From: Felis catus | Taxonomy: Eukaryota | DNA length: 64,000 nt | Assembly (NCBI RefSeq): GCF_018350175.1 | Contig: NC_058368.1 | Span: 1,054,001-1,118,000, forward strand | Reading direction: 5' to 3' | In this document: piece by piece, positions 1 to 12,539 of the stretch | How positions within the stretch are numbered: the stretch's first letter is position 1 | Layout: each line of letters starts with the position of its first letter | Position numbers and translations under genes: made by a program | The notes under the pieces: generated by a model | What the model saw: the letters and a program-made list of their open reading frames with translations, nothing else | Database searches by the model: none | Told to the model about the DNA's origin: nothing

Positions 1-10
1 AAGAGCCAAG
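1..10 (+). other. Possible 3' end of an upstream non-coding ZMYM2 exon
   Basis: Purine-rich aagagccaag followed by CAAG|gttaga, a donor-like site; truncated by the window edge. Confidence 0.3.
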
Positions 11-1508
11 GTTAGAATTCTCTCAGCTTCTGTTCTTTTCCTAGAGAAGAGGGTGTAAACAAATAGCAAATGTTTGAATCTTACTGAGTATCTTTTTAAA
101 AAGTTCTAGAACTGCAGTTGTCGATTAGATTATTTTACTGTCTTATTTAAAAACTGTATTTGAATCAGAAGTAATATGTTCCCTTTTTTCAGTATGTCTG
201 TATACATTTTAGGGTCTATAATTGTTTCCTAAATACTGCAACTTGAATGAGTATAACTTGTCTCGCGAGTTTAAAGCTCTTTTCAGGTATTAGATCATTC
301 AGATAAAATGGATCAAGGATCAGATCTTTCACATAAAAGGGCAAAGCTTATATTATTAACACATAGTTTCATGAAAGATTTAACTTTGTCATATTTTTTT
401 CCTTTGTTCTCAGCTGTGATGTGGGGAAGGTTGGTAATTGGTTTATATTTAATAGACATTTGGGGAGGAGGACGTAGAAAATGTATAATCTGGATTATCT
501 GTAATGTCAACACATATATACTAATGAAGGCCGTGGTTCGTTCTGATAATACCAAAATGTTGTCCTTGTTCTGCTTAATGATTTAGCTCAGAATTTAAAA
601 TTCCTTTGCTTAAAAGACACCAACTAATGGTGCTTTAATGTACCAGGTAGTAAGATGAAGATAACATGATTTTTAATTGACCTTGGCTAAATAAGTTCTT
701 TATTATACTTACTGTCAGACACTTAATGTGAGTTAGGTGCTTTTATGTGTACTTATGAAGTGTTTTGGCAGTTAAAAATACGTTGCATATTAATGGCATC
801 TTTCTTCAGAGCATCCTTAACAGTATGTATTCCCATCTCCTGCCTGCCCTTTTAAACACTTGGAAGAAAGATACAGGGTGGTTTCTACTTTTCCCTGTTA
901 TATATATAATCTCATGGGCTGGACCTTTGTATCTCATGTGGTGGGACAACCCCGTTTCACTCAAATATCAAGATATCACACAGGTGCTGACATGAATGTT
1001 TCAAACTTGCGTGATACGGAGCTTAATGTATGTACCGTCTTTGTATAACAGTGTTATTAAAGATTCTTCTATTTTGCCCTTGTTTGAGGTACATAAGTGC
1101 ATACTCTTAATACATTTGAGACAAAGTCTTAAAATCAGATGGTATGGTATATTACTGTGATGGAAAGAATATATATGAAATCCTGGAACACTCTCTTCAT
1201 TGTCAAAAGGTGTATAATCGGAAATTTTATATTTTTTGTTTTCTAGGCGTTAATATCTCTGTCTATCCCCTTAGCAGTGTTACTAATGTACGTATTATTA
1301 TATCGAATAATATTTATTTTAAGAAGATTGGCATATTCAGTTTGCCTGTATTTTTTAGGTGAGCACAGTGGATTCTCAAATAGTATTTTGTGAAGGACAT
1401 TTTAAATTAGGAAACAAGCATAGAGATTACTTTGTCTCTGCATTTCCCATTTTTTAATTTCAGTTTGTTAATTTTCTCCTGTTCCTGTGAGATCATAGAA
1501 TTGGGATT

Positions 1509-1709
1509 AAAAAAAAATTTTTTTTTAATGTTTATTTGTTTTTGAGAGAGAGACAGAGTGCCAGTGGGGCAGGGACACAGAATTTGAAGGAGGCTCCAGG
1601 CTCCGAGTTGTCAGTGCAGAACCTGACAATGGGCTGGAACTCAAAAACCGCGAGATCATGACCTGAGCCAAAGTTGGATGCTCAACTGACTGAGCCACCC
1701 AGGCGCTCC
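1509..1709 (-). mobile_element. Can-SINE (SINEC_Fc-like)
   Basis: Antisense tRNA-derived head (...gagccacccaggcgctcc) and T-tail; TSD gaattgggatt. Confidence 0.9.
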
Positions 1710-2618
1710 TGGAATTGGGATTTTAGACTTGAACAGGAGTTTTGAACTATTCAAATCTAAAAGTTCTCATGCGCAACTAATCTGTAAGACCTATAAAGTC
1801 TGTGAGAAAAATTGCTGTTGGATAAATTCATGAGTTTGAACTATGGAATTCTGGGTAATAACTGTAGTTTATTTTTTATTTTGGTTTGGCAAGAAAATTG
1901 TTTTACATAGTTGCAGTTGCACATTTTTTAAATCTGCAACCTGTTTTTTAAACAATTCACTTTGTAATCTTAGGTTTCTGTTATTAAAATAGAAATGGGA
2001 AGGGAATTATGCGGGCCAGCACCATTCACATACTTAGTAATAAGATAAGTTGGTCATCTTAAAATGTCTTAAAATTTGGATCGCAACACATTTTGAGCTT
2101 TTCTATTTTATTGCCTATTTTAAAATCTATTAATTTTTTGCCTCAAGTTTCATTCAACACTAGTAGCACTCTAGAACTGCAGAAAAAAAATTGTAAACCA
2201 ATGGAGAAATCTATTGTAGAGTTAAAAATTGATGTGTAGAGAGGTTTGCAAAATCACTTGGTCACATGATTAGTTTGGGATTTGTTCTTAGTTCTATTTT
2301 ATTTTTAACTTCATAGCAGTACATTGAAAGAAGTAATACAATTGAATAAAAATTCATGGTCTTTAATTTGAAAGAAGGATATGACCATTGGGGTTTTATT
2401 GTTACTGATTTGATTAGTGTCCTGTAAGTATTGATATTTACTGTTACAAGATATGATTTAAGAGTAAACTTCGGATATTAGGATAAGTAGGTAATGAATA
2501 TTTCACAGCTCTGATTTAAGAAAAAACTTCTGAATAAGTGTTTCATTATCCTGTTATCTAGTTTTTGTTTATCCTTCTTGAAGAGTTACATTACTGTTAA
2601 AGAATTTTAACCACTCTT

Positions 2619-3042
2619 ATTTTTATTTATTTTTTTAATGTTTTTCTTTATTTATTAAAAAAATTTTTTTAACATTTATTTATTTTTGAGACAGAGAGAG
2701 ACAGAGCATGAACGGGGGAGGGGCAGAGAGAGAGGGAGACACAGAATCTGAAGCAGGCTCCAGGCTCTGAGCCATCAGCCCAGAGCGCGACGTGGGGCTC
2801 GAACTCACGACCGCGAGATCGTGACCTGAGCTGAAGTCGGACGCTTAACCGACTGAACCACCCAGGCGCCCCTTATTTATTTTGGAGAGAGCATGAGCTG
2901 GAGAGAGAGAGAGGGAGACACAGAATCTGAAGCAGGCTCCAGGCTCTGAGCTGTCAGCACAGAGTCTGATGCAGGGCTTGAACTTGTGAACCAGCAAGAT
3001 CATGACCTGGGCCAAAGTTGGGCGGTCAACGCAGGGTGCCAC
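2619..3042 (-). mobile_element. Two nested Can-SINEs (young copy at 2657-2872 inside the tail of an older copy)
   Basis: Outer TSD taaccactctt (2608-18 and 3043-53); inner TSD ttatttatt. Confidence 0.9.
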
Positions 3043-3180
3043 TAACCACTCTTTTAGTGTCAATAGACTGCCAAGGGTCAGGTTTCTCTTCTCCAGAGGG
3101 TTCTAGATTTTTTTTCCTCTGGTGTTCTTAGTGAATTCAAAGATCAAATTTGTTACGTGAATTTAAAATTTAAAGGTTAA

Positions 3181-3400
3181 GGGATGCCTAGGTGGCTCAG
3201 TTGGTTGTGTCTGACTTTACCTTAGGTCATGATCTCGCAGTTTGTGAGTTTGAACCCCGCGTCGGGCTGTGTGCTCACAGCTCAGAGTCTGGAGCCTGCC
3301 TGGAATTCTGTGTCTCCCTCTCTCTTTGCCCCTTCCCCACTCACGCCCTGTCTGTCTGTCTCTCTCTCCTTCAAAAATAAACATTAAAAATTTTTTTTAA
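3181..3400 (+). mobile_element. Can-SINE
   Basis: ggg..cctaggtggctcag head, (CT)n, aataaa and A tail. Confidence 0.9.
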
Positions 3401-3655
3401 TTAAAATGTTAAAAAATATACCTAAACTAATAAAATGTTATATGTCAATTTGATCTTAAGTTTTAAAAGGTTTTACAACATTTTATTCTTAAATTATTAA
3501 ATATTTTAGTATGATTCTGATATTTAAAATTAATATTAAATTGTAATTTAAGATAATTGTAATTTCCTAGGAGTAGAATTGTTGCAACCTCATTAGAATA
3601 ATTGAGAATGATATTATAATTCTTAGAGTAAACTTCTTTTTAACTGTACCTTTAG

Positions 3656-3689
3656 GTTGGATTAAAAAATACTTAAATGGCTATTTTAA
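3656..3689 (+). other. Candidate 34-nt 5'-UTR cassette exon containing an upstream ATG
   Basis: cttctttttaactgtacctttag|GTTGG...TTTTAA|gtaaga in non-repeat sequence; aaATGg at 3677. Confidence 0.4.
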
Positions 3690-4308
3690 GTAAGATTGTG
3701 GTGCTTACTTCAGATGGAAGAAAGTTCCCAAAATGTGACAGAATGAGACAAATTCTTCAGTTGTTTTACTTTGTGGCCGTGCCATGTGTATATTACTTTT
3801 GCCGTAGTCACCTAGATAGAGCTGTTGTCTGGATTTAGTGTTACAAGAATTTGGAACTGATATTATGGTTCTGTAACCAAAAGACATTAAAGTTTGAGAC
3901 ATTTTTTGTAATACTATAACAATTTTATAATTTATTTCTAAGAAGCATGTCTTTTGACTAAGAAGAGGGATGTTTCTTGGATTATTGAGTTCACTGGACC
4001 AGACTGAATATAGTTTAGGGTAATCAGAAATCACTTATTAAAAAAAATTGTGTATTATAACATTTACTATATATCAAGTAATTGTAAGAAATGTGTTCTG
4101 TTAAGAGTTGGCCAGCCCTCTCTTTGCCTCAGTGCTTGGAAGAGCATTTCATTTAGACTTCTAATGCTATATTCTAGGACTTTAATTTGGAATTTGTAAG
4201 CTTTTGGTTAGGCCAGTGATGATCAGATTAGTTAATTGTGTTTCCAGTTCTATAGCATTAAAGAAATGTCAGAGTAGAAGTAAAAATTCAGTTTAAATAA
4301 AATTTTAA

Positions 4309-4478
4309 GGGGTACCTGGGTGGCTCAGTCAGTTAAGCATCTGATTCTTGGTTTTGGTTCAGGTCATGATCTCATGGTTTGTGGGATCCAACCCTGCGTC
4401 AGGCTGTGCACTGGCAGCACAGAGCCTGCTTGGGATTTCTCTCTCTTTCTCTCTATTTCTGCCACTCCTTGGACTTGT

Positions 4479-4523
<45 letters not shown>

Positions 4524-4540
4524 AAATAAACATTAAAAAA
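4309..4540 (+). mobile_element. Can-SINE
   Basis: ggggtacctgggtggctcagtcagttaag head, (CT)n, A tail. Confidence 0.9.
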
Positions 4541-4604
4541 TGAAATTTTTATTTTATCCTTTTGTTTTAGATCTCTTTGTATTTATTATGTATTGTCATA
4601 TTTT

Positions 4605-4609
4605 GTCTG

Positions 4610-4674
<65 letters not shown>

Positions 4675-4814
4675 ATCGAGAAGAGAGGCAGGGAGAGGGA
4701 GAATCCCTAGCAGGCTGTGCACTGTCACCTTGGAGCCTGGCGTGGGGCTTGAACTCATGAACCGAGCTGAAACCAAGAGTCGGACACTTAACTGACTGAG
4801 CCAGCAGGGGCCCC
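4605..4814 (-). mobile_element. Can-SINE whose tail has become a (CTAT)n microsatellite
   Basis: Antisense head ending at 4814; TSD tattgt(c/t)atatttt. Confidence 0.85.
4607..4675. repeat. (CTAT)n/(GATA)n tetranucleotide microsatellite
   Basis: About 16 tandem ctat units. Confidence 0.95.
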
Positions 4815-5529
4815 TTTATTGTTATATTTTAATTATTTCAGTTTATTTTAATTAATTCTGGCCCTCACATGGTATCTAAATTCTTACATGTTCATGGTTC
4901 TGTTTCTAAAGTAATGAAAATTTTGTTTTTGTTTCAATTTTATAAAATCATTACTATAAAATTAATCTAGTTTTAACTTTACAACTTTAATTATTATGCA
5001 TATTGTCTCACTTTGTGTTTTTAATTTTGTTGGAGTCTCTTAATAGTGTATAGTTCTGGTTCTTAAGTTTTAACTCTTGCCTAGGAAGTCCTGTCATTCC
5101 AGTTTTATGTTGCATATCAAAGAGAAGCTTCTGTTTAAGTTAGTCTTTGTCTTTCATGACCCTGACTCCTGACTTCTCTGATGCCTTATTTTCTTCATTT
5201 GTATATCACATTTTCCATCCTTATGTCCTTGCCCAGCTGTTTTCATCCTATCTTTCTCCTGGATTTAAGTGTTCATTTCTCTTCTTCATTTCTAACTCCT
5301 TTTGCATTTAGAAAAAAAAATACCGCATAGTCTGTGTACTTTTTTTGCTGTACTTGTATGAGGCATATCCAAATTTTAGTAAACTTTTGAATTTGCTGAA
5401 ATCGTGGAATGTGGGTGTGGTTCTAGTGGTATGTTGGGGCCTCACATGGAAGGGGGACTAGTGGGACTTAATTTTAGAGTTTTTTCTGCCTAAAATTTTT
5501 ATTTTTGTTACTTGATGTTGCTAGGGGAT

Positions 5530-5860
5530 TTGCAGTGTGACATGAGTTTGAAGATGAGAGATTTGGGTTCAAATCTACCCTTATGAGGGAATTTTGGGGT
5601 GATGAAAGTTTTCTTAAACTAGATTGTATTGATGACTGCATAAGTATATAAATTTACTAAAAATTTTCACTAAAATGAATAAATTTTTATCACATGCAAA
5701 TTATGCCCTGATGAAACTGTTAAAACCAATTTTGCTCTACCATTTATTTACTAGTTTGTGATCTCTGGTAAGTTATTTAACCTATGCGCCTTGGTTTACC
5801 CAATTGATAAATGTGTATGATGATGCCTGCTTTTTTGTGATTGTTATGTGATAAGAATTA
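5530..5860 (+). mobile_element. MIR interrupted by a sense L1MC-type 3' end (about 5585-5725)
   Basis: gatttgggttcaaatc...tttactagtttgtgatctctggtaagttatttaacc flanking ttttggggtgatgaaag...gcaaattatgcc. Confidence 0.55.
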
Positions 5861-5869
5861 AAAATAATA

Positions 5870-6600
5870 CAGAGTATATGACTGGCCAATAGATGTGTGG
5901 TTAACAGCAGCTAAGATCTATAATCTGTTTGAATGGACCAAATATCATGAGTTTCTTGCCAGTAGACTCACTGAATTGAATGCTTATCTGATCGAAGGAA
6001 TTCTCTTTATCTTCACTGACTTCTCTCTGCCTGCTCCTTTGTTGGTCTATAAGAATGCTAAAGTGCTCTATCCTTCAGCATCTCTACAGAATCTTTTGCA
6101 CATCTTCTGCTTCATTTTCCCATACTTTTCAAAAGAAATTTCACTGATTTCACTCACAACACTATACAGATACTTTTTTTGAGATCACTGGTGATTTAAT
6201 AGTCAAATCCTTAAGTGCTTCATTTTTGTCTTAATTCTGTAGCATTTGGAATTAAATACTCCTTGAAACTCTTGATTTCTGGGTCTGTGAAGTAACATGG
6301 TTTTATATTTCTGACCGTCTCCTTCACCTACCCTCGTTAGACTCTCAAATGTTGAGACCTTTAAGTGTTCTTTTATTCTAAGGCACTCCACTCTCTCTAG
6401 TTTTGTTTTGTGTGTTGACCATAGTCCGTTTTGTTAGATAATAGGGATTTATATATACAAAGCAACTTTCATTCTATTCCTTATTCCAGTCTACAACCAG
6501 ATTAATTTTTTCTAAAACCCGGTCTGATCACATCTCTTAGTTTGTAAAAACTTCAGTGATTCTTGTTGGCATGTGAAACAAAATAGGAACTAAGCTTTAA
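5870..6600 (+). mobile_element. L2 fragments
   Basis: Degenerate pyrimidine-rich L2-like motifs (ttctaaaacccggtctgatcacatctc...ttcagtgattctt). Confidence 0.5.
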
Positions 6601-6768
6601 AACCCTTAAAAAAAAAAGCAATTAGGAAATGTCATATGTGATTTTTAGGTAGGTTCTCTGTGTTCATTTTGAGGAGACAATCATGTAAATGAATGAATAT
6701 AAACGATGCATAATAGAAAATATACAGACATGAATAGTTACATGCATGTCAGAAAGGACAGTTCTTTC

Positions 6769-6966
6769 CTTATTTATTTTTATTTTATTTTAGAGAGGGA
6801 GAGAGCATGAGCAGGAAGAGGGGCAGAGGGAGGGAGAGAGAATACCAAGAAGGCTCCATGCTCAGAGGGGAGCCTGACTCTAGGCTTGATCCTACGAATC
6901 TGGGATCATGACCTGAGCCAAAATCAAGAGTTGGTCGCTCAACTGGCTGAACTACCCAGGCGCCCC
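6769..6966 (-). mobile_element. Can-SINE
   Basis: Antisense body ending ...acccaggcgcccc. Confidence 0.9.
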
Positions 6967-7013
6967 AGAAAGGAGTTTTTAATACTTTGGTTATAAAAAT
7001 AAAACATGCCCTA

Positions 7014-7228
7014 GTGGTGCCCGGGTGGCTCAGTTGGCTAAGTGTCCAACTTCGGCTCAAGTCATGATCTCATGGTGCATGAGTTCAAGCCCCACATCGG
7101 TCCCTGTGCTGAGAGCTCAGAGCCTGGAGCCTGCTTTGGATTCTGTCTCCATCTCTTTCTGCTCCTCCCCTCCTCATGCTCTGTCTCTCTGTCTCAAAAA
7201 TAAATAAACCTTAAAAATAAATAAAAAC
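7014..7228 (+). mobile_element. Can-SINE
   Basis: Head gtggtgcccgggtggctcag; TSD aaataaaac(a/g)tgccct. Confidence 0.9.
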
Positions 7229-7916
7229 AAATAAAACGTGCCCTTAAGTACTAAAATCTTCAAGTACTAAAAAAAAATGTGGTGGAGAAAATGGAAGTTC
7301 CTCCTAATCCCATTTTATATGAGATGTTTCTGTTTTTAAATGTATTCCTATAATTGTTTTCCGTTTAGCATACTAATATTTCGCATGTATACTATTATCA
7401 GTAATTGACATTTTCTACACAAGTCTGACATTCTTGTAATTCCTTCCCTATCCTTAGGTTGCAAAAGTCTTCAGTTGATTAATGTTTGAATTCTAGTGGT
7501 CGGTATATTAGAATGGTTCATGAGTCTCAGTTCTTTGTCATTAAGGGATGGTGTATAATGAAAGGTATGTGGACTTAGGCACAAAGTCCTAACAGTTGTT
7601 TGTACCTAACAGTTACAGTATACCATAGGAAAGCTACCTGATTACACAAAATAGCTTACTCATCTGCCAAGTGGGGTAATAATAATATATTTAAGATATC
7701 TATTATGAGGTATATTTTAAGGTAGTTGTAATGAGTATGGTACCAAGTATGTCTTTTAAAATTGGTAGTTGTTATATTAGGTGTGTGATAAAATTCAGAG
7801 AGAAAAAAGTAGAACTCAAGTCATGAAGGGGCTGAAGAAAAGGGATAAACTGAAATAAGACTGCCTCTGCTTCAGAGATTCACCTATTTATTAGACAGTT
7901 TAAAAAACAAAAAACT

Positions 7917-8130
7917 GTGGCCGTTGGGTGGTCAGTCAGTTGAGCGTCTCACTTTGGCTCAGGTCATGGTCTCATGGTTCGTGAGTTCAGTCCCCACATT
8001 GGGCTCACTGGTGTCAGCCTGTCAGTGCAGAGCTTGCTTCGGATCCTCTGTTCCTGTGTGCCCCTTCCCTGCTTGCGTTCGCCCAAAAATAAATATTTTT
8101 TAAAAAGTAAAAAAAAACCAAAAAAAACCC
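7917..8130 (+). mobile_element. Can-SINE
   Basis: ggctcaggtcatggtctcatggttcgtgagttc body and A tail. Confidence 0.88.
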
Positions 8131-8462
8131 AACTACATTGAATTGTAAATGATAGGTAGGATTGTATACTTAGTTTCCATAATTTGTCTACCAAGGAGAA
8201 GAAAACACAGATTTTCTTTGTATACTCCATGTTCTTTTTGTATTCCTTTCATTTTAAGAGCAATCAGTGAATCTCTGAGGAACATATCTCTAGGAAAGAA
8301 TTCTAGTAATAAATTGAGTCTTAAAAAACACAGGGAATAGATTTTTATTTAGTAGTAATCTGTATTGGAAAGGTAGACTCAGTACCTGAAGCTTTTTTGA
8401 ATCTGTGGTTTCATTTGCTTATTGATGCAGTTATTATTGTGTCTTTAGGTTAGATGAGTCAG

Positions 8463-8464
<2 letters not shown>

Positions 8465-8498
<34 letters not shown>

Positions 8499-8628
8499 TA
8501 GGCTCCATGCCCAGCATGGAGCCCAATGTGGAGCCCAACGTGGGGCTTGAACTCACTACCCTGAGATCAAGAGCTGAGCTGATACTAAGAGTTGGACGCT
8601 CAACCAACTGAACTACCCAGGCGCCCCC
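8465..8628 (-). mobile_element. Short Can-SINE variant
   Basis: Long T tail and antisense head; lacks (CT)n. Confidence 0.88.
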
Positions 8629-9383
8629 CCTCTATTTATTTATTTATTTTTTTAGTAAGATGGGTCTTAATCATGGGACTTTTGAATTCATGTAAAGAAG
8701 ATACATTCTTTTTAAAGCCATTTACTCAATCGTGTTAAAAAACATTGGGAAACAAAGTGATTACACTAGATCATAGATTAGGAATACCAAGTGTTTTAAG
8801 AATAAATGAATGTTTGTTTCCAAATTGACATATGTAGTTGAAGTTTACTTGTGTTGTTGTAGATTTTAAATTATGTTTGGAGAAGGAAGTGTGGGCTTAT
8901 TTAGCTTCTTTGGTTAAGGGTTAAAGAAGCTAGGGTAGGATAACCTTTTATTAGGGTCTAAGATTAACCATGTTACCAATTATGTATGTTGAGTATGGAA
9001 GTAGTAAAAAGTCATAACCAAAGATATGGGGCAGATTTCAGTTTTTCATCTTTTGAGGACTTTATTTTAATTTCCTATTCTATAATGGGTAAACTGAAGC
9101 TCAAGGGTGAAATGATTGTGCTTTGGACAACAGGAAGGGAGGGGGAGATAGAGTTAGAATTCACTTGTGGGGAGGTAATAGTGGGATAGCAGAAAAACAA
9201 AACAAAGAACAACCCAGAAAAGTTATTTGTTACCTCCCTTTATTAGAGAAAAATAGTAAATTTTGGCCAGACATTACGTTAAGTATGGAGGATGCAATAA
9301 TAGACAATAAGGACATAGGTCTTTGCCCTCATGGAACATACAGTATAATGGGGGATACAGATGACAAAGTAAACTAAATTACA

Positions 9384-9508
9384 GGGGCCCTTGGGTGGCT
9401 CAGTCGGTTGAGCGTCCGATTCTTCATTTTGGCTCAGGTTATGATCTCATGGTTTGTGAGTTCGAGCGTTGGTTCCAGGCTGTGTGCTGACAGTGCAGAG
9501 CCTGCTTG

Positions 9509-9568
<60 letters not shown>

Positions 9569-9640
9569 CCTCCCCCTCTCCCCCCCTCCTCCACTCGTGT
9601 CTCTCTCTAAATAAACTTTAAAAATCGAAAAAAAGCCCAT
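9384..9640 (+). mobile_element. Can-SINE with long (CT)n
   Basis: Head ggggcccttgggtggctcagtcggttgag. Confidence 0.9.
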
Positions 9641-10639
9641 AAAATTGCAAATTCGATAACTATAGCCGAGGAAATATGTGTGATAATATAGTAAGGGAGA
9701 ACTTACTTAGACCAGGGATGATGGGTTAATTAAATGTTTGACAGAGAAAGATCTTGGGAGAGTGACATTTACCTTTATTTTTTTAAGTTTTTATATAAAT
9801 TCCAGTTAGTTAACATACAGTGTAATATTAGTTTCAGGTGTATAATACAGTGATTCAGCACTTCCATACATCACCCAGTGCTCATCACAACAGGTGCCCT
9901 CCTTCATACACCATCACCTGTTTCACCCCTCCCCTCCCCCATCCACCTCCCTTCTGGTAACCATCAGTTTGTTCTCTGGAGTTAAGAGTCTGTTTCTTGG
10001 TTTGTCTCTTTTTTCCTTTTGTTCATTTTTGTTTTTTAAATTCCACATATGAGTGAAATCATACTGACTTATTTTCCTCAGCTTAATACTCTAGATTTCA
10101 TTCTTTTTTATGGCTGAGCAGTACCCTCCTGTGTGTGTGTACCACAACTTCTTTACCCATTTGTCGTGGACACTTGGGCTGTTTACATAATTTGGCTGTT
10201 GTAGATAATGCTGCTGTAAACATTGGGGTGCATGTATGCTTTTGAATTAGTATTTTTGTAATTTTTGGGTAAATACCTAGTAGTGTGATTGCTGGATGAA
10301 AGTTTTAACTTTTTGAGGAACCTCCATACTGATTTTCAGAGTGGCTGCACCAGTTTGCATTCCCCCCAGCAGTGCAAGAGTCTTCCCCTTTCTCCACATC
10401 CTTGCCAACACCTGCTGTTCCTTGTGTTGTTGATTTGAGCCATTCTGACAGGTGTGAGGTGACATCTCATTGTAGTTTTGTTTTGCATTTCCCTGGTAAG
10501 TGATGTTGAGCATCTTTTTACATGTCTGTTGCCATCTGTGTGTCTTCTTTGGAGAAATGTCCTCTCATGTCTTCTGCCCATTTTTTAATTGGGTTATTCA
10601 TTTTTTTTGGGTGTTGAGTTTTATAAGGTATTTATTTAA

Positions 10640-10846
10640 ACACTTTTAAATGTTTTTATTTATTTTTAAGAGAGAGACAGAGCGCGAGCAGGGGAGGGGC
10701 AGAGAGACAGGGAGACACAGAATCTGAAAGAGGCTCCAGGCTCCGTGCTGTTAGCACAGAGCCCCACGCGGGGCTTGAACCCACGAACTGTGAGATCATG
10801 ACCGGAGCCGAAGTTGGACGCCCAACTGAGCCACCCAGGTGCCCCT
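10640..10846 (-). mobile_element. Can-SINE inserted in L1
   Basis: TSD agttttataag(g/t)tattta. Confidence 0.9.
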
Positions 10847-10998
10847 AGTTTTATAAGTTATTTATATATTTTGGATACTGACCCTTTCAGATAGGTCGTT
10901 TGCACATACCTTCTCCCATTCCATAGGTTACCTTTTAGTTTTGTTGTTTCCTTTGCTATTGAGAAGCTTTTTATTTTGATGTAGCCCCAGTAGTTTGT

Positions 10999-11103
10999 TT
11001 TATTTATTTATTTTTTAAGTAAGATCAAGGCCCAGTGTGGGGCTTGAGTTCATGACCCCGAGATCAAGAGTTGTATGCTTTACCAGCTGATCCAACTAGC
11101 CCC
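10999..11103 (-). mobile_element. Short old Can-SINE inserted in L1
   Basis: ccccgagatcaagagttg head motif; TSD cagtagttt. Confidence 0.75.
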
Positions 11104-11149
11104 TCAGTAGTTTTTTGATTTTGTTTCCCTTGCCTCAGGAGATGAGGGA

Positions 11150-11530
11150 GTGACATTTAAACAGTGCCTGGAAAGATGTTCAGGAAAGATTGTTTCAGAC
11201 AGAGGAAGATTGTGTGCATAGGGTCCCTTGAGCCAAGGAGGATTTTGGGCTCTTCCATGAACTAAAAGAAAGCTTAGTTTAGCAGAACCTTAGTGATCGA
11301 AGTGGGGAAGAGCAGTGCTGAAATTGAGCCTAGCAGGTAGGCAGGGATCAATCAGGCAGGAATCGGGGCACCTGGGTGGCTCAGTCGGTTAAGCCTCCGA
11401 CCTTGGCTCAGGTCATGATCTCAGGGTTCGCGGGTTTGAGCCCTGCGTCTGGCTCTGTGCTGACAGCTCAGAGCCCGGAGACTGCTTCGGATTCTGTCTC
11501 CCTCTCTGCTCCTCCCTGGCTCACACTCTG

Positions 11531-11582
<52 letters not shown>

Positions 11583-12180
11583 AAAAATAAACATTTTTTA
11601 AAAAGTTAAAAAAAAGTTAAGAATGTTACAGGTCAGGGGGAAAATCTTAGCTTGTCTCCTTAGTACACTGGAAAGTCACGTAAGAAGTAATTGGCATTGT
11701 CTGATTTAATTTTTAAAAGGATCTTTGGGTACTCTGGGGAATATGGTAGATAATGTCAGTAATCCAGCATCAAAATGATGGCGAATTTTTAGGGTTAGAG
11801 GGATATCAGAAGAGATGGATTAAAGTGGACAGTTTCTTGAAATGAAAAAAAACAAAAACTAGAATTTAAATAAAAATTTGAAAAGAAAAAAATGGACATT
11901 TTCAATATTTATTTTGGAAGTAGGATTGGATTTGGGGATGACATGACTGGAAGTGAAGAAAAAAGAAATTGAGAATGACCTCCAGATTTCTGGTATGAAT
12001 AGCTAGACATAGCTGGCAACGACTGGAGGAGTTGCGGCTACAAGAGTGAGAAAGCGAGTTAAAAGAACTAGATGTAGGAAGCAGACAGTTTTGGGCTTTG
12101 AAACCACTTGATTGAGATAAATTAAGGAGACTAGGGTATTGGTAATATTTAAAATCAAGGGAATGGATGAAATCCCCACA
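11150..12180 (-). mobile_element. L2 fragments (continuing from about 9250-9760 across the L1 insertion)
   Basis: Purine-rich antisense L2 motifs (gtctttgccctcatggaacatacag; ttttaaaaggatctttgggtactctg). Confidence 0.55.
11365..11615 (+). mobile_element. Can-SINE
   Basis: ggggcacctgggtggctcagtcggttaag head. Confidence 0.9.
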
Positions 12181-12539
12181 GAAAGTTAAAATTACTTGAA
12201 AGTACTTTGCAGTTAAATTGTCCTGTGGGAAAGAAATGATTCCATATGCCTAGAAATTCTGTGCCCTAGAGATAACCTGAATGAGTTAATTGATTATTCA
12301 GTTATTAGATCAAAGAGATATTTGTTTAGATTCTATCATAACTCTTGAGTGGATTTTAGTATATTAATGATTTTCTATCAGTTTCTAAAACCACAGTAGC
12401 ATCATTTTGAGTAACTGATGAAGAACTGTTAAAAAGAAACTTGTGGCTATATTGTAAGCATCATGAGGGTATTGATCTATCTGTTAAATCGTCAGTCAGT
12501 GGTCTCTTGGCCTCTTTCTTCACTTCCTCAGAGATTAGT

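Larger units (their letters stand above)
9772..11147 (-). mobile_element. 5'-truncated carnivore L1 (3'UTR plus ORF2 C-terminus) carrying two inserted SINEs
   Basis: Minus-strand ORFs 10336-10581 (KRCSTSL...[11 protein letters not shown]...CWQGCGE) are L1 ORF2-like; TSD gagtgacattta at 9760-71 and 11148-59. Confidence 0.92.

Noticed and set aside
10277..10581. L1 ORF2-like peptides (also 24203-24385 and 41759-43383)
   Set aside because: Fragmented, frameshifted remnants of 5'-truncated L1 copies, not functional genes.
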